A stretch of DNA of 20,000 bases, taken from NCBI GenBank assembly GCA_051047955.1, contig JBPGPT010000055.1:51267-71266 (forward strand). The letters run 5' to 3'. Source of the DNA: Cystobasidiomycetes sp. EMM_F5. Lineage: Eukaryota. The notes below the pieces were generated by a model, which worked only from the letters and a program-made list of their open reading frames with translations, was not told the origin of the DNA and did not search any database. A program made the translations under genes and the position numbers. Shown here piece after piece: positions 10,976-20,000 of this stretch (its first letter is position 1; every line of letters begins with the position of its first letter).

Positions 10976-13395
10976 ATGAACGGAGCACTCCCATCAGGCC
11001 GACCTTGGACTGGACCGCCGTTGCTGCCGTGCAAGTTCTTTGCGTCCGGTGCGCTGCGTCGTCCAGAGGCAAGCGGGTCGTGACTGAATTGTTATTTGAA
11101 TCAATGATAGGGTCCTGCAAGAACGGTAAGATGGGGGTTATATTCTTTACACCGCATCCCGCTCAAATCATACATCACTCTCGGGTCATCGCAGGTGACG
11201 CTTGTCGTTATCTTCACGCTCTGCCCACCCCAACAACGTCCGTAGATACGGAAATCCATGCAAACGCTAGGCGGTCACGGCCTGAGGAGTGGTATACTGA
11301 ACAAACTGAAGCCCGAGATGAGAAGCGATACCGCCGCGCTTCGGATGTGTCGCCTCGACAGCATTCGCCCCGCGTACCGTCATTCGCGAACAACGACTCG
11401 GACGTACATTCACAGATACGACCGCAAAGATCCACGTATGAAACCACTAGTCAGTACGATCCTGGCCAGCCATCTCTACTGCGGGAGAGCGGCGGAAGCG
11501 TTGCATTACAGCAGGACCAGAATGCGCCATATCAACGGACCGACTCGAGCGGACATCGCGCACCGGCCTCGCACACCACAGCTCCTGCGCCATCCAACGG
11601 TACTGAAGTCAATAGTCGCTTAATATGGGATCCAGTCACGAAAAGTCTGGTTTCCGAAAAGTCCTTACAAACTCCAGAACTGTCGGGACCTGCGCACAAT
11701 GCTGACCGCCATTATACGGCTGTTTCTCATGCGAGTCGGTCGCCTTTAGGAGGTACCGGTAAACTGCACGACAACTCTAGACACGGAACTTCGCGTAATG
11801 AGGCAGAACGAGATCGTTCGAACCGTGCGCATGTTCGCCAGCTCACGCCGCCAATCCATCCACAGGCGACATCAGCTGTCAGCTCTGCCCCGACTTCTGC
11901 ATCCAAATCGTCCCTCCCGATTCCGGCATTAAAGCCAGCGCACGTCGCAAAGTCGGCAAAAGAGGCGGCTGATCAACACCGCGTCAAGTTGAAAGCCCAG
12001 CTTCACCGCGCTAACATGGAAGCCGCACGATCTGCTAATCAGAAGTCCGCAGACGAGATTCCTGTCAAAGTTGCACCTCCACCCCCGGATAGGCATGATT
12101 CTGGTGATCCGCAGCATCATATCACGTACGAAGTCCGTCTTGATATCCCGTCATCCGCCTCGCCCAATTCGCAATACATGCGTACCCTGATATTTGGTAA
12201 AGACTCGACCAACATTATTCGCGTGGCAGACTTGAGCAAGGCCCGCATTCGGATTAGCACAAGCCATAACTGTCTGGTGATATCGGGTACACGGGAACAG
12301 ACTGATACGGCGGTCATGTTGCTCGAGCAATCGGTGCAGACGAGGTTCGATGGTTGGCGTGCGAAAATTGTGAAGCAATATCCCGAACATCACGCTGAGC
12401 ATCAAAGAGCGGAAACTGCTCCCCACCACGTCCCATTACACCATAACACGCCTTCGCTTACGTTACTTGGAAGAAATGGGGTTTCTACGGGCGAACTTGC
12501 TCCAACGGCGTCGCAACATGTGCCGAAAAGCAGTGATAAACAGTCCCCACACGCACACACACGCGCTCTAGACACTACATCACCTCCAATGAATTCGTTC
12601 GGACGCCCTCATGCGCCTAACCTGCAACCCGCTGACGAAATGAAGGTGTCGACAGTTCCGGCAACACAAGGTCTGCGAGAGCGCACAAGTGCGGACGCGC
12701 AGGTTTGGCTACAAGAAGTCGCTCGGTCCTTTGGTCATGAACCGGCATCAGCCGCCCAGATGTCTCCGCCAAAGGCTAGCAGCTCCTACGTGCGAGTGAA
12801 AGAAGAGGAAGATAGTCCCAGCATGTCCGACTTGTCCCCGCAGTTGATCCAAGGCAAAGAGCAAACCGACAATGCGGAGCAGGTCCTTCGCGCCAAACTT
12901 AGAGAGCGTAATACTGCATCAAAGAAGATCTCGGATGTCATCGAGCCGGACGTCGGGCATGCTACCGCTACTATACCGCAGGAATCGGCGGTGAATAGTG
13001 AAGGTAAGCCTTATGTGTCTGTCCAGACATTACAGTGACGCCTGATGCCACGCTTAGCAGTCGCGGATGACCTGCACAATCTGAAATCTGGCAACGATGG
13101 TCACGGAAAGCACGAGCAGGACTCGATAGCTTCGCGAGCAAAGCGGAGCGTAAGCAGTACACACGTCGCACGACAGCCGAGAGTCGCTTTGCCGCAGGAC
13201 GACGATGCTGTTCAATTGTTTGACGCCGTCAATGCCTTTCGCGAAAGCCGCGGAATGTTTCCCGTCGGCAAGCTGCACATGGATAAGCTATACAAGCTTT
13301 TAACAGTGACCGAAGGCGCTTTCAAGGTCGCGATGTGCGAAATAGAGCGCTTGGTAGGAGAATACACGGAACCTACTCTTGGCACCAGAGTCTAA
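10976..13395 (+). CDS. Uncharacterised putative RNA-binding protein: N-terminal CCCH zinc finger, disordered regions, KH-like domain, C-terminal CUE-like helical domain
   Basis: Exons 10976-11048, 11111-11125, 11195-13003, 13061-13395. Spliced N-terminus is MNGALPSGRPWTGPPLLPCKFFASGSCKNGDACRYLH (C-x7-C-x5-C-x3-H). KH-like segment YEVRLDIP..MRTLIFGKDSTNIIRVADLSKARIRI..LVISGTREQTDTAVMLLEQ at about 12120-12340. Confidence 0.78.
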
Positions 13396-13523
13396 TCGAG
13401 TGGAACAACGACAATAAACGGTAAATGGGCCCAACTTGCTCTTCCTCTCTAACGCAGCGCTACAGAGTGGATTGCGGTGAAGCAGAGTTAAAGATTATTT
13501 GCACGCTTAATTCTTGCAAGCGA

Positions 13524-15355
13524 CTAGCTTGTACGACTAAGTCCCGATGTCTTGACAATGCTTCTTGATGCATCCCAATGTGGAAACGAGTCGCCCCATC
13601 TGCTCTTGCGCGCATCGTAATACTCTTGCTTACCGGCTGACTTTGGCACAGTCACTCGCTCAATGTTGCCGTTCGGACAACAAGCGTCCAGGATGACATG
13701 CCCGCCGCGTTTGAGCGGCGGCACAACAAGTCGTGGCCATAAAGATTCTGATGTTGGTCTGTCGCCGCGTTTAATCACTACATAGCTGTACGATGCCGTC
13801 TCTTCGTTGGTTGATGAGTGCTTGGTCTTGCGTAAGAATGCAGGTCTTTGTACTGCAGAAATGTCAGCACACAGTCAGTCTGCACAGCTGCGAGGACCCA
13901 CGTTTCTGGGTAAAATGGCAGAAGTCGCGCGTCTTATGCAATGGACACGATTTTTCGTGCGGACACTGCACAATACAATGTCAGATAAGAGACAGTCAAG
14001 CATGTGCGAGACCCACAGGCGCCACAACATAACAGCCACTCTGCGTGGGACCAGCCTGTTGAGACGCATTCTCGTCGCTCCTGCTAGCATGCAAATCTGG
14101 CTCATTGTATTCTTCTTGCCCGTCGTGATCTGACTCTTGTAGAACGAAAATCTCATCGCCTATGCGAATCTCAGTTTCGTCTTCGTTAACGACTATGCTG
14201 CTTTCGTCAATAGGCAAAACGGCTTCATTGACGGAGGTATCGGAGCGTGAAGTGCTGTGTCTGCCGAGCCTCAGCAGCTGGTCTCTAGCCTGGGCGATGA
14301 TATCGGCTCCTTTGGGTGTACCACGGTCGATCAATACAATGACTTCCGCGCCAGTATTCCAGATTGAGCGAACGACTTCTCTACGCGATTTCTCACTTGG
14401 AATATCACCAAGTGTGAATGCGGCAATGGCCATCGTTTCTGATGACGGAATATCCGGGAATGCGGCCGTTATAGCCGTGTTCAGGTTCGGCGCTGCCAGC
14501 GAGGTTTGCACAAGTTTTCGCTGAAACGTCGGCGAAGGGATAGCTTTAAGAATGTTGGACGATAAGACTTGCATTGCGCGAGAGCTGTCCAGCCCGACAT
14601 AAGATATGGGGTCTTCCGACCATGTCTGGTGAGCGGCCCTATACTAACCTTGTCATTCGACGTCTATGTATCGGGGCGCTCACGCTTACCAGCCAACGCT
14701 ACCGACTCCAGATCCCCAGTCGACAATCTTCCTTGGCAGCCAAGGTGTGACTCCAGCCTGTATCGCGGACGTATCCAGTCTTTGCCTTGCTTCTAGCAAA
14801 GCCGCCAATGTAGACCCGTAGATGGAGGGCATGACGCCGGCGGTATAAGCTACTGCAGTTGCTCCGTCTAGGAAAGGTTTAGGCGGAAGCTTCTGATAAC
14901 CTGCATAATGCTTGTCGCCCTTGACCCTGTTTGCGGGCGAAGGTTCATCGGACGTCTTCCTAAACCACTCATAGATCGCCAGAGCTCTCTGTCTGAGCAA
15001 TTGCTTGTCGGTGTCTGTCAGAGAGTCGCGTTCAGTCGTCGCAACATCGTGCACAGTATACGGAAATTTGGGCACCTTGGATTATACCGCTGACTGCGAG
15101 CTGGAGTTCAGTCGGAAGCTGGATCATTCCGATCCTGCTGGAGCCATCCTGAGCTGCCTGCGAGCGCCTCCCGCCGCCAGCCTCGTCAGTATCTTGTTCC
15201 AGAGCATCGTTGACGGCATCGAAGCTGGAAGTGCCATATGATGAAGCTGGCAGAAATTCTGGGCGGGCAATATATTCGGTGACGACTGCAGCGGGTGCTG
15301 ACTGGCTGCGAATGGCAGAAGACGCAGCAATTCTTGCAAGCTTCGTGCAGTACAT
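13524..15355 (-). CDS. RSM22: Mitochondrial small-subunit assembly factor Rsm22 (METTL17 family)
   Basis: Ser/Ala/Arg-rich N-terminus without acidic residues (presequence-like). Motifs [32 protein letters not shown]...[75 protein letters not shown]. Confidence 0.93.
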
Positions 15356-15430
15356 GGTGCAGAATCAGAGCATTACCACCTTCATTGTGGCGCCCAAACA
15401 ATATCATTGCAAATCTGATCATGCTCATGT

Positions 15431-16986
15431 CTAATCAAACCGAATCTTGTTGCCCGATGGTTTCTTCATGGCCTGGGATATCGCCGCTTGAGCTTCCTTT
15501 GCCTTCTTCTTGGCCTCCCAGCTCGGATGGAGAGCCTTCGGCACGTCCTTTATCGGTGGATCTGCTGCACCTGCAGGAGGCGGTTCCTTGGCCCAGATCC
15601 GCGCAGACTTGCCTTCTGCGAGCTGCGTAAGATTCGAGTCGACGCCATAAACGAAACGTCCGCTCTTTTTCAATGCCTCAATTTCTCGTTCTGCTCTGGC
15701 CCGCTTGCGATTCTCTTCAGTCTCGGCTTCTGCCTTGCGCTTCTTGACGACATGATTTGCATTCTTTCCGTACTTTTTCTCCCAGATCCTGCGTATGATG
15801 GTATATTGCTCAGCGTTCGTTGCCGCTATTGCATTGAAAAAATGCTACTCACGCTTGCCTCGCCCGCTGTCCGCGGCGGTTCTTGCGCTCGGTGACGATG
15901 TTGCCAGGGTTTTCATCGTCAGAATCTGAGTAGACGGATCCATCCGAGTCGCCCATCGTGTAGCCGCCGGCAAGCGACGGAAGAAAAGCAGATGTCACAG
16001 GCGCGGCTTTCGACGCTTTCCTTCCAGCGGGTGTATTAGTTACGGAGGCAGCTTTTATTCTTGAAACACGTGTCGGTGCTTCCTCTGAGCCTGTCTCGGC
16101 GTCAGAATCCGCACTTCCGCCATCTGAATTGGCAATGCCTTCGAACATTTCCCCGTCATCGTCGTCATCATCAGCCGACGATAGGTGAGAGATGGTTGCA
16201 TCGCTGCCGCCATTCTCTCGATCATCACTTTCGTGTACGTCGGAGTCTTGCGAGTCTGTTTGTAGTGTACGTTGTTGACTTCTGTCGGATGGCCCTTGCT
16301 TCTTCCGGCCATTCTGCTTCAGTGGCTCGGCATTCGTATCTGCTCCTTTGCGATTCGCCTTGACACCAGTGCCAGCAATGCCAGCTCGACTCTTGACATC
16401 GCCAATGATTTCTGTCAGACATTCGGTCCATACTTTGCTTGCCGACAATTTGTTCTGTGCTTTGCCTGCAGCGCTAGCTGGCGTCGAAGCGACTGCTGAT
16501 GTGGGTAGATCATCGGAAAGGCCGTCGCAGAAGGTCTTGACAGCTGGTACATCAGCGAGACCGCTCCTATCCTTGCAGAGTTTGGATAGCAGAGTCCGTT
16601 TCGCAAAGTCTTCTGTATCCAAATCCTTCAGTGCTAAGAGAACAGCTTCCAACTCCTCGCGCAGCCTAGGCGCATGGCTCGTTGAAGCAGGTTTGGCTTG
16701 ATCTTGACGTATCTTGCGCACCAATTTCTGAATTTCAAATGTTTTCGCCTTCTTGGCGGCGCGAACAGCGAGCTGGAGGTTGTGATGCTGTGTCGATACA
16801 TTGCGAAGTACGTTCACTCAGCTGGGCTCAGGCTGTTAATTGGATATCGCCCACCAATTTGCCGGCCAGGTTGTCGGGCGCTCCTGCCTTTGCCGTCACA
16901 GCCCTGCGGCCTGGTCCCTTGTGCTTTCGACCATCTTGCCGACTATGCTTCTGCTGGTTATCATTTGCCATACGAGCATTAGACAT
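15431..16986 (-). CDS. BUD22: Bud22 family protein (ribosome biogenesis / 18S maturation; SRFBP1-like)
   Basis: Exons approx. 16986-16855, 16787-15853, 15788-15431. Motifs KKAKTFEIQKLVRK, acidic middle region, FLPSLAGGY..GDSD, RKNRRGQRARQA|IWEKKYGKNANH, LHPSWEAKKKAKE, GNKIRFD*. Confidence 0.92.
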
Positions 16987-17151
16987 GATGCGCCTTTCAT
17001 CGGCAGTCGAATTGCAACAGAAACAACCATTTACAACAACGACAACGCAGCTTCGCGTTCAAATATCGTATTCGGCGTCAAATACAAGTACGACAACTCC
17101 ACCTGTGCACGACTTGATAGCTAGAGAAAGGCCGCTCCTTCGCCAGCAATT

Positions 17152-17634
17152 TCAAGCTGCTTTTGCGTATTTGTTGGCCGAGCGGACTCCAAACCCAGCC
17201 AGGAAAGCGATACGCAGAGGCAGGGCGACGAGCAGCATACCGACGTTGGAGTAGTCGAGCGGTCGCCAGTGGTGGGGTTGGAGTAATTGCAGGCCCATAA
17301 CCTCGACCATGCCGAAGAGGTGAAACGCGTCTCCAAACAGCATCAACGCAATGACCATTTTACAGATATCGAGCTGCCTGGCTGCCAGCGCCTGCCGCAT
17401 GACGAGCGCTTGGACGCCGGCCATGAAGAGTTCCAGAGCTCCGAGCTGGTACATGACTGGCTTGAAGGCGAAGGGAATGGCCGGGACGCGCAAAGGCGTG
17501 AAGACGTTGAGATGCTCGATGGGTTGAAATATCGCTTGGAGGCCGCCGAGAAGAATGGCAATTGGCTCGAGCCACAGGAAATAGAATCGATACGGCATTG
17601 CCATATGGACTTCTCCGCTGGCGGGCATGGTCAT
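17152..17634 (-). CDS. Small intronless multi-pass membrane protein of an uncharacterised fungal family (DUF7704-like), paralog A
   Basis: 160-aa ORF with about 4 hydrophobic segments and motifs YRFYFLWLEP, FGDAFH, W...D..NV...LRIAFLAGFG. Colinear with the 18042-18530 ORF. Confidence 0.8.
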   Translation of the reverse strand: MTMPASGEVHMAMPYRFYFLWLEPIAILLGGLQAIFQPIEHLNVFTPLRVPAIPFAFKPVMYQLGALELFMAGVQALVMRQALAARQLDICKMVIALMLFGDAFHLFGMVEVMGLQLLQPHHWRPLDYSNVGMLLVALPLRIAFLAGFGVRSANKYAKAA

Positions 17635-18041
17635 TGTGGTATATGTCTACGAAAGGCTCTGCGTTAGCTGTGAGTAGCTGGAAACCAATGAACTTGGACT
17701 CACAGCTTGGCACGGCTTTCACTCCGTACGGTGGACGATGGACGACTACAGACTGCATGACCGACTGGCTCACGCTCGTTTCGTATCGTGCGCTATGGGC
17801 CAGCCCCGCAGGAAGGTCCCGCACGTGATCCGAGTCCTTCTTTCCGTCTGAAAACCCTCCGGCGGTCGTAAATACGATATACAATCACAAAATACAAGTA
17901 GACACCGTCCCGCTTATCCTATCAATCATCTCAGCAGCTAACGAGGCCTTGCCGCCCAGAAGAGCCATCTCGCTAATCACCCGTTTGTCCGGCTGCACAA
18001 GCCAATTTAGACTGACGGTCCCCTTTGTTGCCTTCTACTCC

Positions 18042-18530
18042 TCAAGCTGCCTTCTCTTGCCTGCTCTGAAAATGGACTCCCACACCAAACAAGAAAGCGG
18101 CTCGCAGCGGCAAGGCTATCAAGAGTCCGCCAACATTCGGCCATTCTACCGCGCGCCATAGCCATGGCTGGAAGAATTGGCGTCCCATAGTAGCGACCAT
18201 GCTGTAGCAGTGAATCATATCACCAAACATCATGAATGCCAGATTCGCATTGAATATATCGAGTTGACCGCTAGCGAACGCCTGGCGCAGTATGACAGCC
18301 TGGAATCCTGCCATGCAGATCTCGACTGATCCCAACTCATACATGAGTGGCTTGAAGGCAGTAGGAATGTCCAGAATCCTTGGAACAGTAAAGACGAAGA
18401 CGTGTTCAATTGGTTTGAAGATGACCTGGAGTCCCGAGAGCAGCAAGAGAAAGGGTTCGAGCCACAAGAAGTAAAAAGTGTACGGCCAAGCAATCCTGGA
18501 TCTTGATCTGACTATCGTCGCAGCTGCCAT
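18042..18530 (-). CDS. Small intronless multi-pass membrane protein (DUF7704-like), paralog B
   Basis: 162-aa ORF with motifs YTFYFLWLEP, FGDMIH, NVG.LL.ALPLR.AFL.G.GV. Aligns without gaps to paralog A over its core; both end in KAA*. Confidence 0.8.
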   Translation of the reverse strand: MAAATIVRSRSRIAWPYTFYFLWLEPFLLLLSGLQVIFKPIEHVFVFTVPRILDIPTAFKPLMYELGSVEICMAGFQAVILRQAFASGQLDIFNANLAFMMFGDMIHCYSMVATMGRQFFQPWLWRAVEWPNVGGLLIALPLRAAFLFGVGVHFQSRQEKAA

Positions 18531-18715
18531 TGTAAAAGCTTGGCAGTGCGTTTCCTATGAATACTTTCGAATTTCAGCGGAGACTCGACAATTCGCCAAT
18601 TCGATAACCTACGAAGCGAGGCTGAGGCACAAGACGCTATGGGAAGCTACGGAGTGTCTTGTCGAGTCTTGGGACTTGTCGAGTCGGGGAAGTGGGTAAA
18701 TGCTGTAGAACCAAG

Positions 18716-18752
18716 TCATGGCAATCTCGGTCTTCATGGCAATCTCGGTCTT
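18716..18752. repeat. Perfect 18-bp tandem duplication (TCATGGCAATCTCGGTCT x2)
   Basis: Directly visible in the intergenic region between paralog B and the SDR gene. Confidence 0.9.
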
Positions 18753-19071
18753 GCCTCGATTCTGGGAACGCCTCCGGTCTGCTGCCGATGGCGCGTGCAA
18801 AGTCATGTTGGTCAAAGAAGTCTTACCTTATATACCTCAAGAATCGCATGCGCGTTTACGTGATTCAACGGAGTTTCGCGCGTGAATGTGTAAAATATGA
18901 CCAAACACGCGAATGAACCTGGAACGTCTCCAGTGCTTCAACAACAGAACACGCTTACAGCGCAATGAACATGACCAAGCAAACCAATCGACCGTATGAT
19001 TGTGCGTTTCTACGCGCCTTCAACGTCCTATCGCCTCTCGCTCCGACATCATATGCGGACGAAGTGCCTGC

Positions 19072-19946
19072 CTAAAACTGAACGTATTTGCCATTTACAA
19101 ATGTTGCTTGCAGTGGCAGCTGTTGTGTGGACTGAGCCAGACTTAGGAAGAAGTCGGCGTGTGAGGGGCCATCCACTCCTTCTGACATGAAGGTCCCATC
19201 CGCATGACGCTCATCTGCGTAATAAAATCTGCATAGCGCGTGTCATCGCTTGTGACCACGAAAGCCTTCTCCACTTAACAGAATAACTCACCGGGCACCT
19301 TGTCCGCCATAGGATCGGCTGACGGTTTCAAGAAGATATGCAGAAGCTGTTTTACCCAATCCCAGTGCCAACAGATGCGGCTTGATTAAAGTGTTCAAGC
19401 CGTTTCCTGTATAGATGAAAATGACATCCTTCTTCTTTCCCACAGCGGCTTTGATCGCTGCAAAGACCGACGTGTGGTTGACATTCAGTGCGTGTAGGTA
19501 CGTCTCGACAGGGATGTCAAGAGGCGTTGGGCTGGGTCTGCCGCCGATATCGTAGGCTGAAGTTGTGCGAGTAAGCTCTGTAATCGAAGTCACTAAGCTT
19601 TACTACGATGATCCTCACCGTTATACACCACTACGTCTGGGATGCCGACATTACCCGCGACTTCATCGAATGCAGCAGCGACCGCGCTTGGGTTGACCAA
19701 GTCTAGCGGTACATGGTAGCCGCCTTCGTTATGTTTGGCATCGGTTGTACGGGAACTAGTAGCGATCTTGTAGCCTGCCTCGCTAAACTTCTTTGTGACG
19801 GCTGCCCCGACCTGAGAAAGCGCGGACAACAGCGTCCATTGTGCATCAGTATTGAAAGAGCTAGACGAACAGAAAGAGCGTCTTACTTTCGGGCCAGCTC
19901 CTAGCAGAAACAAGACTTTGCCAGCTACGGATGTAGATGATGCCAT
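19072..19946 (-). CDS. Short-chain dehydrogenase/reductase-like (Rossmann fold) protein, atypical
   Basis: Exons 19946-19887, 19811-19619, 19556-19292, 19228-19072. Protein contains VLFLLGAGPK|VGAAV..KF...GYKIATSSR, DL, PDVVVYNA, LNVN..SVFAA, FIYTGN, LGLGKTASA, R|FYYADER..DG...YVQF*. Confidence 0.9.
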
Positions 19947-20000
19947 GCAAAAAACAACGTATCGGATTATTGTAAACAGGTTTGCTGCCGTAAGGGCGAC

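Noticed and set aside
10897..11110. N-terminus of the 713-aa ORF from TTG at 10897
   Set aside because: A spliced model from ATG 10976 restores a complete CCCH finger with canonical splice sites, so the ORF-track start is a different-frame artefact.
13055..13060. TAGCAG tandem (NAGNAG) acceptor
   Set aside because: It would change only one residue in a disordered region, which is common and of little consequence.
430..16986. Apparent clustering of translation/ribosome genes (CGI121, RPS11, RSM22, BUD22)
   Set aside because: They are interspersed with unrelated genes, and housekeeping genes are dense in compact genomes. Not supportable without synteny data.
16348..17254. Plus-strand ORFs (117 aa, 190 aa) antisense to BUD22 and paralog A
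   Set aside because: No motifs, and antisense ORFs are expected at this GC content.
19593..19618. PTS1-like ending (RSKA*) if SDR intron 2 is retained
   Set aside because: The product would lack most of the enzyme and SKA is a poor PTS1, so there is no support for cryptic peroxisomal targeting.
1..20000. Transposons, CRISPR arrays, rRNA/tRNA genes, prokaryotic-type systems
   Set aside because: No transposase or RT motifs, terminal repeats, spaced repeat arrays or tRNA cloverleaf were seen. Almost all of the sequence is explained by spliced fungal genes.

Overview
Eukaryotic, intron-rich, very gene-dense fungal DNA. It looks basidiomycete-like: introns of about 50-75 nt with CTRAC-type branch sites, and 12 genes in 20 kb. 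In order: the 3' end of chorismate synthase (ARO2); KEOPS subunit CGI121; an Mpv17/PMP22 (Sym1-like) membrane protein; 40S ribosomal protein S11/uS17; a DUF2235/Tle1-like alpha/beta hydrolase; a Cdc15/SepH/Cdc7-type kinase; an uncharacterised CCCH-zinc-finger + KH + CUE-like protein; mitochondrial Rsm22/METTL17; Bud22; two tandem intronless paralogous membrane proteins; and an atypical SDR. I saw no mobile elements, rRNA, tRNA or CRISPR. The best novelty candidates are (1) an unusually long (219 nt) RPS11 intron that folds into a nested rod able to pair the 5' splice site with the branch site, a candidate autoregulatory splicing element or intronic ncRNA, and (2) the CCCH-KH-CUE-like protein, whose zinc finger is hidden across a 15-nt microexon. 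All gene models were spliced by hand and family calls rest on motif recognition, not database searches.
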